Assembly (NCBI RefSeq): GCF_006345805.1
Contig: NC_042999.1
Coordinates: forward strand, 161,324,001 to 161,388,000
Direction of reading: 5' to 3'
Source of the DNA: Octopus sinensis
Taxonomy: Eukaryota
DNA: 64,000 nt
Position 1 is the stretch's first letter; every line of letters begins with the position of its first letter. The notes beneath the pieces are model-generated. The model was not told the DNA's origin and ran no database searches. It saw nothing but the letters and a program-made list of their open reading frames with translations. Made by a program: the position numbers and the translations under genes. Positions 1-12,180 of this stretch are shown here, piece by piece.

Positions 1-2
1 GG

Positions 3-500
3 TAATTCTTCTTCGTTATGACCCATCGTGAATTGTATATTATCATTTATTCCATTTAATAGTATTTTAAATTCCTCAAGTTCCTCTATACTTTTGTCCC
101 AGATGATGAAACAGTCATCGAGGTATCTTTTCCAGTTGTTCTGGATATAGGTGGAGAAAGTGTTTCCAAATTTCTCGAGTGTTATCCGGTAGAGTATTTT
201 CTCGAGGTATCCCATCACTAGGTTGGCAAAAGATGGTGCAGTACGCGTGCCCATCGCTGTTCCCGATCTTTGTCTGTAGAAATTATTGTCAAAAATAAAG
301 TAATTGTTTTCTAAAATAAATCTAAGTCCTTCTATTATAAGGTCTTTGTTTATGCGAGTTGGGAGTTCAAAGGGGTAGTTATTCAGCCAGAAGGTGATCG
401 CTTCTATTCCTAGGTTGTGAGGGATGTTAGAATAAAGATTAACTACGTCGAATGATACTAGAAGGGTTTTCTCATTGACTGTTTTAGGGAGGTGGTTGAG
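3..500 (-). mobile_element. Penelope-like element (Neptune-type) reverse transcriptase fragment, running off the window edge
   Basis: Stop-free 166-codon frame with LLVSFDVVNLYSNIP, GTAMGTRTAPSFANLVMG and WKRYLDDCFIIW; 5'-truncated at a (TA)n array. Not in the ORF track. Confidence 0.9.
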
Positions 501-501
501 C

Positions 502-545
<44 letters not shown>

Positions 546-625
546 ATATATATGTATGTATGTATATACATATACATGTGTGTGTGTTTGCGTGTGTGTG
601 TGCGTGTGTGTGCGTGTACGTGCGT
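501..625. repeat. Compound (TA)/(TATG)/(TG) microsatellite
   Basis: Direct reading. Confidence 0.95.
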
Positions 626-1132
626 GTGTGTGCCGGACTATAGGGTTATTCGCCAGCTATTTCTCGCGGATAAAATAACTGTGTGGAGAGCCAGCTCTGT
701 TTAGTGCATACTGGTATTGGTTTTATCGATTCTTGAAAAGATGGAAATCAACCAAATGTAATCTGTGAATGACCTCAAATCGTAGGCATTTACTGTTCAG
801 AAAGATTTTTAAAACATAACATCAGTGTCAAACAGAAAAGGCAAAGAGAAATTCTTTTTTGCTTTTATTTAGTAAATTTTTCTATCAAGACGATTATTCA
901 AGTTGTAGAAATGGAATGGCTACTACAGAATCATAACCGGGGTTTTGGTTTTGGTCTTGGTTTACCAAACGCTTACAAAGATGTTCTATTATAACAAACT
1001 ATGCTGTCTTAGTTACCACGAAAGAAAATCTCACATTTGCTTTCTGGTGCAAAATGGACTCTTATTTATATCGCTACATGTCTCAAACGCTTACATCACG
1101 ACGTTCATCCTTGGCAAAAAGCTTAATATTTT

Positions 1133-1335
1133 ATGAGAGAAAGAGAGACAAAGAAAGAGAGAGACAGAGAGACAGAGAGAGAAAGAGAGAGAGAGAGAGA
1201 GAAGATAGAGAAAGAGAGAGACAGAGAGAAAGAGAGAGACAGAGAGAAAGAAAGAGAGAGAGAGACAGAGAAAGAGAGAGAGAGAGAGAAAGAGAGAGAG
1301 ATAAAGAGAGACAGAGAAGAGAGAGAGAGAGAAAA

Positions 1336-1371
<36 letters not shown>

Positions 1372-1372
1372 T
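1133..1372. repeat. Imperfect (GA)n/(GACA) microsatellite
   Basis: Direct reading. Confidence 0.95.
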
Positions 1373-1717
1373 CAATGTTCATACTTAGCATTTCAGATGA
1401 GTTAAGTACATGTGAGAATCGCAACCGTGTCGCAGAATCATTTCATAGGGAAGTCAACCCATTTCACCGAAGTGTTCCCCATTAAATTAATTATTCTATA
1501 GTTATCATTAGTTTCATCATTTTTTTTCTTTTTACTTTTACACGGCTGGATATGTTCCCTCACCTTCTTAATTGACCCAAGTCACCGAGCCATAGATATG
1601 TGTGCAGAGTAAGTAGGATTCACTAACGCGAAATTTTCGCGGAAGTAGCCCCCTGCTACAACAATGTCCTAGCTGATAGTGACTTTCAGGATAAATTAAT
1701 ATATAACCACTCTAATA

Positions 1718-1800
1718 TTAACTGATTGGAAGTGTTATCATGTACATTTCGTATATTTTACCCCAGTGTCACTTTGATGGCATGCTCTGCTCGCTCACTC
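1718..1800 (+). mobile_element. Internally deleted copy of the ~540-bp triplet-flanked element
   Basis: ttaactgattggaagtgttatcatgtacat is joined directly to the terminal ttcgtatattttaccccagtgtcactttgatggcatg...cactc, followed by (AAT)n. Confidence 0.85.
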
Positions 1801-1850
<50 letters not shown>

Positions 1851-1898
1851 GAAAAGAAGAAGAAGAAGAAGAAGAAGAAGAAGAAGAAGAAGAAGAAG

Positions 1899-2437
1899 AA
1901 ATGCCCCGTTGCAGTACTAGGCAGTGGTTTTCATGGCTTCTGACCTTAACTGATTGGAAGTGGTTATTATGTACATTGTTTTGTATGGGCTACAGCAAAT
2001 ATTCTGCTCAATACCACAGATTTGCTTGTCAGTTGTTTGACCATAACCAGTTGAGCATGTCCCTTGGTGGCCGACGATATGTGCTTCTCTGATCATGAGT
2101 AGTGGGGGAGCATCATAGCCGTGTGTTGAAATGAATTCTTGGAGGTTTGGATAATTCATCTTTGGAAACATAGGTGCTTCGTTCAACATCCTTAAACAAT
2201 CCTTATTCAGGGACCTTTTGATGGGGATGGGTTACTCGGCCTGAAGAAAATTCTAACTGGACCCCACCTGCAAGGTCATGCGCTGTGTATCTTTATATGA
2301 GGTCACCATGTCGCGCACATATGGTTATGATTCATGTGCATGGTGTACCCTTATCAGACGGGTAGTCACGATGGGTATACTGGGCTTCGTATATTTTACC
2401 CCAGTGTCACTTTGATGGCATGCACTGCTCTCTCACT

Positions 2438-2438
<1 letters not shown>
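1899..2438 (+). mobile_element. ~540-bp non-coding interspersed element, copy 1
   Basis: Homologous to 11582-12129 and 34307-34834; (AAG)n upstream, (AAT)n downstream; orientation inferred from the (AAT)n tail. Confidence 0.85.
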
Positions 2439-2491
<53 letters not shown>

Positions 2492-2544
2492 TAATAATAA
2501 TAACAACAACAACAACAACAGCAGCAGCAGCAGCAACAACAACA

Positions 2545-3200
2545 ATAATATACCTAAAAACAGACCTTGGTTCGCCCCTCTGTTTTCCCTTAACGTAAAA
2601 ACTAACATAGATAAAATATTCTTGTCCCTCCTAGACAAACATTTTCCAGAAAATCACAGGTACAGGAAATATTTAACAGGCGCTCAGTGAAATTATATAC
2701 CTGCTGCCCCAATATGAAGAGATCATTACACGGGATCAACATCGAGAGCCCACTGTTGTCGAAGCCCAGGAACCTGTCTACCCGACCAGCGATGCATGAT
2801 TAAATCCATCATATGTGAGCAGAAGTTACAACAACGCTAGATGATAACAGAACCGAAAAGAAAAGCTGTATCGGACTATGTGAAGGAGAATTCAAAAATC
2901 TCTATGCTAATCACATACCTTCTTTCTGACACAGGGACAAAAGTAAAGCTAGTAAATTGGCTAGCCACGTATGGGATTTGAAATCGAACGTCATACCACA
3001 TACGATAAAATGGAAAATAGTCGAAAAATCCACACCATATGTTAATGGATAAAAAAAATGTAAGCTATGCGTAGCTGAAAGAACTCATAGCCTTTTCAGA
3101 TGTAAACTCACTATTGAGCTCTAGATCTGAAATTGTCGGCGGTTGTAAGCATATGCCTAAGTTTTTGTTGACAAATTACTTCCCTCACAGGATTGAGTAA
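2545..3200 (+). mobile_element. Decayed Penelope-like element, C-terminal region with GIY-YIG endonuclease
   Basis: Frameshifted/stopped translation: WFAPLFSLNVKTNIDKIFLSLLDKHFPENH..IFNRRSVKL; IGLCEGEFK..YANH; SHVWDLK..IKWKIVEKSTPY; CKLCVAE; SRSEIVGGCKHMPKFLL. Confidence 0.85.
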
Positions 3201-3704
3201 CTGTACCATAGGCTCGAAGCTACTATCTTTTCAGCCTCATAATTTATGGCCTAAGGGAAATAACTCTTATTCTCTCTTTTGCACCTTTCTGATTATTTTT
3301 CGCTTTCCGTTTTTTCCAACATTCCACTTTTTATATATACTTCCTCTAGCCTTCACTTGTTTTTTTCTCTCGTCCCATTTTTAATTCGTTATGTCCTGTG
3401 GCCAGTGTCTGATGACTGTGCTGGGACACCAGGTGTGTTATAAAACACTGTTTGGGATGTTCTCTGAACATGAAAACTAATAGTAGCACATAAAAGCATA
3501 TATCGTGTTTATTGAATAAGATGCGCGCGCGCGTGTGTGTGTGTGTCTACGTGTGTGTATGATGGTAGTGTCTTGTAGTCGTAGAAAGCGGGTTCTGCAG
3601 TTTCTCGTTGAACAACCTACACAAATAATTTCCTTTACGAGAATAGTGGTATAATGTATGTGCTGCACATTACCCCACTCCCCCCATCAAATCAATGTTG
3701 CCTG

Positions 3705-3852
3705 AATAGTTTCCGCCTGTCAAATCCACTCATAAGGTTTTGGTCGGCCCAAGGCTATAGTTGAAGACACTCGCCGAAGGTGCCACGCAGTGGGACTGAA
3801 CCGGGATCTATGTGGCTAGGAAACAGGTTTCTTCCCACCCGTCCACGGCTGT
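3705..3852 (-). mobile_element. SINE family A, 5' part
   Basis: Reverse complement of the family-A head (gtgccacgcagtgggactgaacc). Confidence 0.75.
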
Positions 3853-4132
3853 GCTTATAACCATAGTCATAAATCAAACGCTTTTCTTCTTATGCCTGCT
3901 CAAGTAGTGCTAATGTGGGGTTTAACAACAACAAAATACCAGTCACACAACACCGTTCATTTCCATAATCTCTACCGTCATTTCTATCTGGTTAACAATG
4001 AACCTAATTTGATTCTTCACTGGGTGTGGTGATGTTCAAATCGGTCCTCACTTTGGCTGGAATATGTGTAAACAATAGATCTGTGTTTCATGTCCTGTCG
4101 TTGAGTCATCCTATTTGCATGTAAAATGATTA

Positions 4133-4367
4133 CCTATTTCTTTATTACCCACAAGGGGCTAAACATAGAAGGGACAAACAAGGACAGACATAGGTATTAA
4201 GTCGATTACATCGACCCCAGTGCGTAACTGGTACTTAATTTATCGACTCCGAAAGGATGAAAGGCAAAGTCGACCTTGGCGGAATTTGAACTCACAACGT
4301 AACGACAGACAAAATACGGCTGCGCATTTCGCCCGGCGTGCTAACGTTTCTGCCAGCTCGCTGCCTT
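4133..4367 (-). mobile_element. tRNA-derived SINE family B, full length
   Basis: Head aaggcagcgagctggcagaaacgttagc, B-box-like gagttcaaattcc, core gcctttcatcctttcggagtcgataaattaagtaccag, tail gggtaataaagaaatagg. Confidence 0.9.
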
Positions 4368-4561
4368 GACCCTATCACGGCCGGTCTGGTACATCTGCAA
4401 CGTTAACAACAGCATCAAACCTACCAGCACTACTGCAACCGTGTCAATGAAGGAACTTCTATGTGGTCACTCGCCATGTTAGAAAGAATACCAAGCCACA
4501 CTCAAGCCACTTTCTAATATCTTAAAATGAAAATTATACATAGGAAAATGAAAATTATACA

Positions 4562-5078
4562 AGGCGCATGTGGTAAGTAGCTTGCTTACCAACCACATGG
4601 TGCCGGGTTCAGTCCCATTGTATGGCAACTTGGGCAAGTGTCTTCTACTATGGCCTCGGGCCAACCAAAGTTTAGGCGCAGGAGTGGCTGTGTGGTAAGT
4701 AGCTTGTTTACCAACCACATGGTTCCGGGTTCAGTCCCACTGCGTGGCACCTTGGGCAAGTGTCTTCTACTATAGCCTCGGGCCGTGAGTGGGTTTGGTA
4801 GATGGAAAGTGAACGAATCACGTCGTATATATGTATATATATATATATATGCGTGTGTGTGTGTGTTTGTGTGTCTATGTTTGTCTCCCTAGCGTTGCTT
4901 GACAACCGATGCTGGTGTATTTATGTCCCCGTTACTTAGCGGTTCGGCAAAAGAGATCGATAAAATAAGTACTGGGCTTATAAAAGAATAAGTCCCGGGG
5001 TCGATTTGCTCGATTAAAGGCGGTGCTCCAGCATGGCCGCAGTCAAATGACTGAAATAAGTAAAAGAGTAAAAGAGTA
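4562..5078 (+). mobile_element. SINE family A: extra head (4562-4672) followed by a full copy (4674-5078)
   Basis: A-box-like tggctgtgtgg, B-box-like ggttcagtccc, internal TA/TG microsatellite, (AAAAGAGT)n tail. Confidence 0.9.
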
Positions 5079-5204
5079 TAGGATAATACGAACCAGAGTA
5101 CTACATGTCTAATAAACATAATGTGAGAGGCAAGGCTGGAATGTCTTGGATCCTATGTCTACGCTATTAGGGATATTCTTTCCTACATCGTTTCATTAAA
5201 CTCA

Positions 5205-5514
5205 ACAACAACCACCATCACCACCACCACCACCACCACCATCACCACCACCACCACCACCATCACCACACCATCACCACCACCACCACCACCATCACCA
5301 CCACCACCACCACCACCACACCACCACCACCACCACACTACCACCACCATCACCACCACCACCACCATCACCACCACCACCACCACCACCACATCACCAC
5401 CACCACCAACCACCACCACCAACCACCACCACCACCACCACCCCACCATCACCACCACCTCACACCACCACCACCACCACCACCACCACCCCACCACCAC
5501 CACCACCACCACCA
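5205..5514. repeat. (CAC)n/(CAT) array
   Basis: Direct reading. Confidence 0.95.
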
Positions 5515-5830
5515 CTAAAACTTTAACTCACAAACCATTTACAACACGAGTGGAACAGAACAATCAACTTGTCTAACCACAGAATCGCTCATAACGATTA
5601 ACCAGCTGCTTAATCTTTGAGTGTTCATTTATTTCACAATCGTATAGGGCACCATATTGCTTCTTTTGCCCCTTCTTCCTTCCAATCTTAATTTCTTTCT
5701 TTTCTTTCTATCATCTTTATTCAATATCATCGTCATATTTTCGTTCATTCGTTCTTTCTTTTGTTTTCTTTATTTTATTGTTTTGTTTGTTCTATATTTG
5801 TTTTCTACTTTTGTTCTATATTTGTTTTCT

Positions 5831-6228
5831 AGGCGCAAGAGTGGCTGTGTGGTAAGTAGCTTCCTTACCAACCACATGGTTCCGGGTTCAGTCCCACTGC
5901 GTGGCACCTTGGGCAAGTGTCTTCTGCTATAGCCCCGGACCGACCAATGCCTTGTGAGTGGATTTGGTAGACGGAAACTGAAAGAAGCCTGTCGTATATA
6001 TGTATATATATATGTGTGTATGTGTGTGTGTTTGTCCCCCTAGCATTGCTTGACAACCGATGCTGGTGTGTTTACGTCCCCGTTACTTAGCGGTTCGGCA
6101 AAAGAGACCGATAGAATAAGTACTGGGCTTACAAAGAATAAGTCTCGGGGTCGATTTGCTCAACTAAAGGCGGTGCTCCAGCATGGCCGCAGTCAAATGA
6201 CTGAAACAAGTAAAAGAGTAAAAGAGAG
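5831..6228 (+). mobile_element. SINE family A, full length
   Basis: Colinear with 4674-5078, 23094-23518 and 40449-40860. Confidence 0.92.
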
Positions 6229-6490
6229 AGTTCCTATTTCTTAATTTTATTCATATCATTCACATGTTTATTTTATTTTATTTTTAGACAAATCATCTTG
6301 ATTTGTCTCTTTGTCGTTTAACTCTCTATTTCTCTCCTTCCGCTGTTTCATTCCCACTTTCAACCTATCGTCTTCCCTCTTCAATTTCTGCTTTATGCTT
6401 TTTCTATCAATTCTTCCCTTCTCTTTATTCCCATTATTGGATCCTTAGTGTCTTTCTTTCTTTCTTTCTGTCACATATACGCATGCGTAT

Positions 6491-6551
<61 letters not shown>

Positions 6552-7629
6552 TATTCAGTTCTATATTTTAGTCCCTTTTCATTTCACTACTCCATATCTG
6601 ATATTTTAATTTTTCCCTTGCGTCTTTATTTCTTTCTTCATAACTTTCTTTTATCATTTGTTTCATTCAGCATCGACATCCCAACGCAGAAAACTGTCCC
6701 ATACAACACACAGCAGCAACTCACATGCATAGCCATATCACAAAACCTTCTCAAAGTCACCAGAACAATTAACGATTCAGTGTGAACAAGGAGAAACTGT
6801 TTAATTAAGATAATGTCAAAAACAAAATTATATATACAAATATAACTAAGAGACTCACAAAAAAGGGCAAAACATTGCTTCAAACTCCCAAGATCGTTTT
6901 GTCCCACCGCCACACCGACTCAAAATGTGTTTGATATGGAAATAGATGGTAATATCTGCGAACATACAACGAAAATGACAATTACAAGACAAGCGCTTCT
7001 CATCAATCGTATGTGTGACTTGGTGTGTGTGTGAGTTAGTGTCAGTATATTTTATGCCTGCGCGTGTCTCCTGGTGTGATGTATATGTGTATCGTCTGTG
7101 AATGAACATATGCGAATGTGTCCTTGTATGGCATGCATATATATGTATGTCTGTGTGTACATATGTGTGTGTATGTGTTTACACAAATGCGTGCATGTGT
7201 GTTTGTGTGTGTGTGAACACAAATGTGTGCATGTGTGTGTGTTTCTCTAAATTTTTAGCATGTTTCTGCATATGTGCATGAGTACGCATGCGTATGTGTC
7301 ATGTCAGTGTGTATATATATCTGAGTGACTGATAGGATATCATGTATGGTAATGGGGGTAGTTGAGGGATTGCATTCTTTTTGTTTGGCAGAGGGTCGTA
7401 GGATGATTTTTCGCTGTTTCAAAGAAGACAAACCACAAAAGACGACGTCTAACATGACAATTATAGACTGAATGACGTAGAGGAGAAGTGTTGAAGTGTA
7501 GTACGCTATTGTGTTTTATAATGAGCAGAAGAAGTGTGGAGCTGTGTTGTACTGATCTTGTTACTGCTGCTACTGTTGTTGTTGCTGTTGCTAATAATCA
7601 AAGTTCTCTTATCAAAGCCATTCCTACAG

Positions 7630-7689
7630 TGATCATGCCGTTTTTCAAATCGCGCAGAGAATCAAGAACCACACCCAGCGTGTCTATTT
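7630..7689 (+). CDS. Candidate 60-nt internal exon of an unidentified host gene
   Basis: ttcctacag acceptor and gtaaga donor; length divisible by 3; two open frames (DHAVFQIAQRIKNHTQRVY or IMPFFKSRRESRTTPSVSI); no homology identified. Confidence 0.35.
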
Positions 7690-7944
7690 GTAAGACGGGG
7701 GCGTGTAGTTCTGTGTGGCAGCAGTGTGGTGAAGTGTAATATGCTAAGACGATATGCAGGGTGGCGTTATAAAGTGTGCCATTAGGTAGTATACTGTTGT
7801 GCGATGTGATGTGCTGTTCCGCGGCTGTTACCAGGTGTTGTGTCGTGAATGTTATGCATTTTGCATGCTACAGTTTATAATCTAACCCCTGGTCAGCACA
7901 CATCTCTGTCCAAAAGTGTTACAACCATGAACACTAGATCTAAT

Positions 7945-8260
7945 GGATGGAAGCACTCCGTCGGTTACGACGATGAGGGTTCCAGTTGATCCGAATCAAC
8001 GGAACAGCCTGCTCGTGAAATTAACGTGTAAGTGGCTGAGCACTCCACAGTCACGCGTACCCATAACAGAAACAGGAAGTAAGAGTGAGAGAAAGTTGTG
8101 GTGAAAGAGTACAGCAGGGATCACCACCCCCTGCCGGAGCCTCGTGGAGCTTTTAGGTGTTTTCGCTCAATAAACACTCACAACGTCCGGTCTGGGAATC
8201 GAAACCGCGATCCTACGACCGCGAGTCCGCTGCCCTAACCACTGGGCCATTGCGCCTCCA
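7945..8260 (-). mobile_element. tRNA-derived SINE family C with 12-bp target-site duplication
   Basis: Head ggaggcgcaatggcccagtggttagggcagcggactcgcgg..ggtttcgattccc with clear A and B boxes; TSD actagatctaat at 7933-7944 and 8261-8272. Confidence 0.9.
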
Positions 8261-8717
8261 ACTAGATCTAATATATATATGGGCTCTCCCGTCGAAGGCG
8301 ATGTATAAGTGTTCAGCTTTAGCCGAACGATCCGCACAAGGGATTCGTTTATAGTAATCAAATGTATGTGCCGTACATTAGCTCACTTCCTCCATCAAAT
8401 CAACGTTGCCTGAACAGGTGGACGGTGTACCACGCGTCAGGAGTTGAAGTGATCGCAGCGTGAGAGGAAATGCTTTGTTCAAGAATACCTATTGTCAATC
8501 ATATCGTTTAACTTATATATTTAATTATTGTGCTTCTTTACATTTAGCTAGCTTGTTTTTAACTTATAACGTTCATTTATGCATTGTATGCCCTGAATTT
8601 TATATAACTTCCGTTTGTCCAACTCTGCATGTTTGTAATCCTATATTTCCATTTTGTTTCTATTGTATATAGAAATAGTCCTTTGGCATTGCAAAAGAAA
8701 TTATTATTATTATTATT

Positions 8718-9751
8718 CTATGTTTGACTTTTGCTTTATGTCTGTACAAGTTGGCTCCAAGTCTCACCCAGAGACCTCAAGAGACAACAGGTTGGAAGTT
8801 CTGTGCCATATATTTGGGGGGGGGGGTTGTACTAGTGAATGTCTAATACATAAAAAATTAAAAATTAAATAAAAAATTTTTAAAAAAGTTTGTTTTAAAC
8901 CTTGGGATTACATAGAGAGTATTTTGCGTAGGATATGAGCAGTTCCCATGAGCACTATCTTTTGAATTTCTGCCACTTTGGGGTTTCCTGGTATCTGAGT
9001 TAGGTAGCAATCAGTCCCTTTCGCTATCATTCCCAGGGCACCTATGACAACAGGTATTGTTTTTAGTCTTCAGCTTCCACATTTTGCTGATTCTATTTCA
9101 AGATCTTATATTTGCTCAGTTTTTGGTAGGTCTTGACAGATACGTTTATATCGATTGGGACAGTCATATCAATGAGGAGGCATGTTCTTGTCTGAAGTCT
9201 TTCAATTGATGTCTGGCCTATTTGCATCTATCTTCCTGTCAGTTTGAATGGTGAAGTTCCAGAGGAGTGAGATGTGGTCATTTTCAAGCACTGGAGATGG
9301 ATTGTGTTCCCACCAGTTTTTTTCATGGGGTAAATCCAGGTTTTTGCAAATTACCCAGTGAATATATTGTGCAGCTCTATCATGCCTGTTGAGGTACTCT
9401 GTAGGCGCTAGAAGTCTGCATTTGGAGACAACATGATCAATGGTCTCATTTTGTTGTCGGCATACAGGACATGTTGGGCTACTGTCGTTCTTTATTATAT
9501 TGGCCTGGTAGTTTCTTGTTGGTAGGCATTGATCTTGAGCTGCTATGATAAACCCCTCTGTTTCAGATTTTAAGCCAGAGGCTATTAGCCATTGATGGGT
9601 CAGGGCTTTGTCGATATCTGCATTATTCGCTCTCTTTGGGTATTTGCCATAGAGAGGTTTTTCTTGCCATTTATTATTCAGAATATCTAAGGCCGCAGTT
9701 TTGGCACGGGTTTTCATGCGCCTAGCTTTTTCTCTGCTTGTTTCTTGTGCA

Positions 9752-9752
<1 letters not shown>
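8718..9752 (-). mobile_element. 5'-truncated R4/Dong-type RLE non-LTR retrotransposon (family I, copy 1)
   Basis: ETEGFIIAAQDQ, zinc knuckle CPVCRQQNETIDHVVSKC, RHD, NRPDI..IDM..K RLE motif, IPVVIGALG, GTAHILRK; stop at 8908-8910; (AAT)n on both sides. Confidence 0.92.
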
Positions 9753-9803
<51 letters not shown>

Positions 9804-10070
9804 GTTATTGTTGCTGTTGTTGTTGTTGTTGTTGTTGTCGTCGTCGTCGTTGTTGTTGTTGTTGTTATTATTATTATTATTATTATTATTGTTATTATTA
9901 TTGTTATTATTATTGTTATTGTTGTTGTTGTTGTTGTTGTTGTTATTATTATTATTGTTATTATCATCATCGTCGTCATCGTCGTCACCGTCGTCATCGT
10001 CGTCGTCATCATCATCATCATCATCATCATCACCACCACCACCACCACCACCTCCATCACCACCACCACC

Positions 10071-10104
<34 letters not shown>

Positions 10105-10109
10105 TCATT

Positions 10110-10144
<35 letters not shown>

Positions 10145-10148
10145 TATT

Positions 10149-10206
<58 letters not shown>

Positions 10207-10290
10207 TATTATTATTTATATTATTATTATTATTATAATTATTAATATTATTTTATTATTATTTTTTTTTTTTACTATTATTATTATTAT
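9753..10290. repeat. Mosaic in-phase trinucleotide array TAT/TGT/CGT/CAT/CAC
   Basis: Direct reading. Confidence 0.95.
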
Positions 10291-11088
10291 TCAGTAGTTT
10301 TATTTTTATAGCGTACTTTCACTTCACTCACTACCGAGCGCAGCTCTGTGTGCCTTGGGTATGTGCTGTGATTTGTTGTGATGCTCTGATGGTTATTGTA
10401 TGGAAAGTGTTCTGCGTAGGATGTGTGCAGTGCCTAGTAGTGCAATTTCTGTATGTTTATGTGTTTGTAAGTCCTGGTGTTTTTGTTATGTATTTGTCTG
10501 AATATTTTTTTATCATGCCTAATGCACCTACTATGGTAGGAATTATTTCTGTTTTTAGATTCCACATTCTGGTTACCTCTATTTCCAGGTCTTTGTATTT
10601 TGAAAGTTTCTCAATTTCTTTTAGAGACACGTTGTCATCTGCTGGTATTGATACATCAATTAGATAGCATTTTTTTCCTTCATGATCTCTGACAACTATA
10701 TTTGGTCTGTTGGCATTAATTTCTCTATCTGTGTATATCGGCATATCCCAGAGTATGGTTGCTTTCTCGTTTTCTGTGACCTTTTCTGGTGTGTGCCTAT
10801 ACCATCTTTTTTCTGTTGTTATTCCATAATGTTGGCATAGCTTCCAGTGTATGTCGTGTCTGTGAATATATTCCTTCTTAGCCAGAACTGGGCAGCCAGA
10901 GATAATATGATTTATTGTTTCTTGTCCATCTCCACATATTCTGCAGTTACTTGTTATATTTATTTTCATTACATGTTTTTGGTAATTTCTGGTGGGGAGG
11001 CTTTGGTCTTGTGCTGCAATTAAAAATCGCTCTGCCTCTGCTTTGAGTCCTGAGCTTCTCAACCATTGCTGGGATTTTTCTTTGTCTA
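10291..11088 (-). mobile_element. 5'-truncated R4/Dong-type RLE LINE (family I-like, copy 2, different 3' UTR)
   Basis: FLIAAQDQSLPTRNY, CRICGDGQETINHIISGC, NRPNIVVRD..LIDVSIP, IVGALG, GTAHILRRTL; (AAT)n tail. Confidence 0.92.
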
Positions 11089-11176
11089 TTATTATTTTTC
11101 TTCTTCTTCTTCTTCTTCTTCTTCTTCTTCTTTTTCTTCTTCTTCTTCTTCTTCTTTCTTCTTTTCTTCTTCTTCA

Positions 11177-11210
<34 letters not shown>

Positions 11211-11296
11211 GTTATTGTGTTGTTGTTGTTGTTCTTGTTGTTCTTCTTCTTCTTCTTCTTCTTCTTATTTATTATATTATTATTATTTTATTTATT

Positions 11297-11545
11297 AAGT
11301 TTTGGTTTTGCTTTAATTTACTAGTTGCACCCAAGTCTCAACCACAGGTGTCAAGGAACAATAAGGTTTTGCATCTGAAGATATTAAAAGGTGAGACCAA
11401 GAGCATGACAGCTCCTGATGATTAAGAGCTTGATCCACATCAAGGTCCCTGATTCCAGTCAGTTATTTGCCATGGCCTTGTAGTGACGTTTACTTCCATT
11501 TCTCCTTAATATATTGGAGCCTTGTTTGTTTGGCTATGATTTTTT
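11297..11545 (-). mobile_element. Internally deleted Dong-like derivative
   Basis: KIIAKQTRLQYIKEKWK*..DVDQALNHQ aligns with KTRAKTAALDILNNKWQ..DIDKALTHQ of copy 1 and lies directly next to a 3' end resembling 8718-8780 (ttttgcttta..ccaagtctca). Confidence 0.65.
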
Positions 11546-11581
11546 ATTTTAGTTATTTTGATGATGATGATGATGATGATG

Positions 11582-12129
11582 AAATGCCCTGATGCAGTAC
11601 CAGGCAGTGGCTCTCATGGCTTCTGATCTTAACTGATTGGAAGTGATATCATGTACATTGTTTTGTCTTGGTTAAAAGATGGGCTAAGCAAATATTCTGC
11701 TCAATACCACAGATTGATTCAGTTGTTTGACCTTAACAAGTTGAGCATGTCCCTTAGTGGCGACGATATGTGATTTCTGATCACGAGCAGAAGTAGTGGG
11801 GGAGCATCATAGCCGTGTGTTGAGAGGATTCTTAGATGTTTGGATATTCACCTCTGGAAAACAGGGTGGTCTTTCAACATCCTTAAACAACCCTTATTCA
11901 GGGACCTTTTGAGTGGGATGGGTTACTCGACCAGAAGAAAATTCTAACTGGGCCCCACCTGCAAGGTCATGTGCTGTTTATCTTGATATCGGATCACCAT
12001 GTCGCGCACACATGGTTGTGATGCATGTGCCTGGTGTACCCTTATCAGACGGGTAGTCATGTTGGGTATACTGGACTTCGTATATTTTACCCCAGTGTCA
12101 CTTTGATGGCATATACTGCTCTCTCACTC
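11582..12129 (+). mobile_element. ~540-bp triplet-flanked element, copy 2
   Basis: Same start (aaatgccc) and end (ctctcactc) as copy 1; (GAT)n upstream, (AAT)n downstream. Confidence 0.88.

Positions 12130-12180
<51 letters not shown>

Noticed and set aside
3400-3460. Hammerhead motif after the 2.5-3.2-kb PLE (ctgatga at ~3409)
   Set aside because: No GAAA follows a stem II, and the topology could not be built.
6670-6785. Ig-like exon IDIPTQKTVPYNTQQQLTCIA after a good acceptor
   Set aside because: No convincing donor and an in-frame stop follows; the resemblance is short.
8190-8260. Functional tRNA gene
   Set aside because: No acceptor-stem pairing; it is the head of a TSD-flanked SINE.
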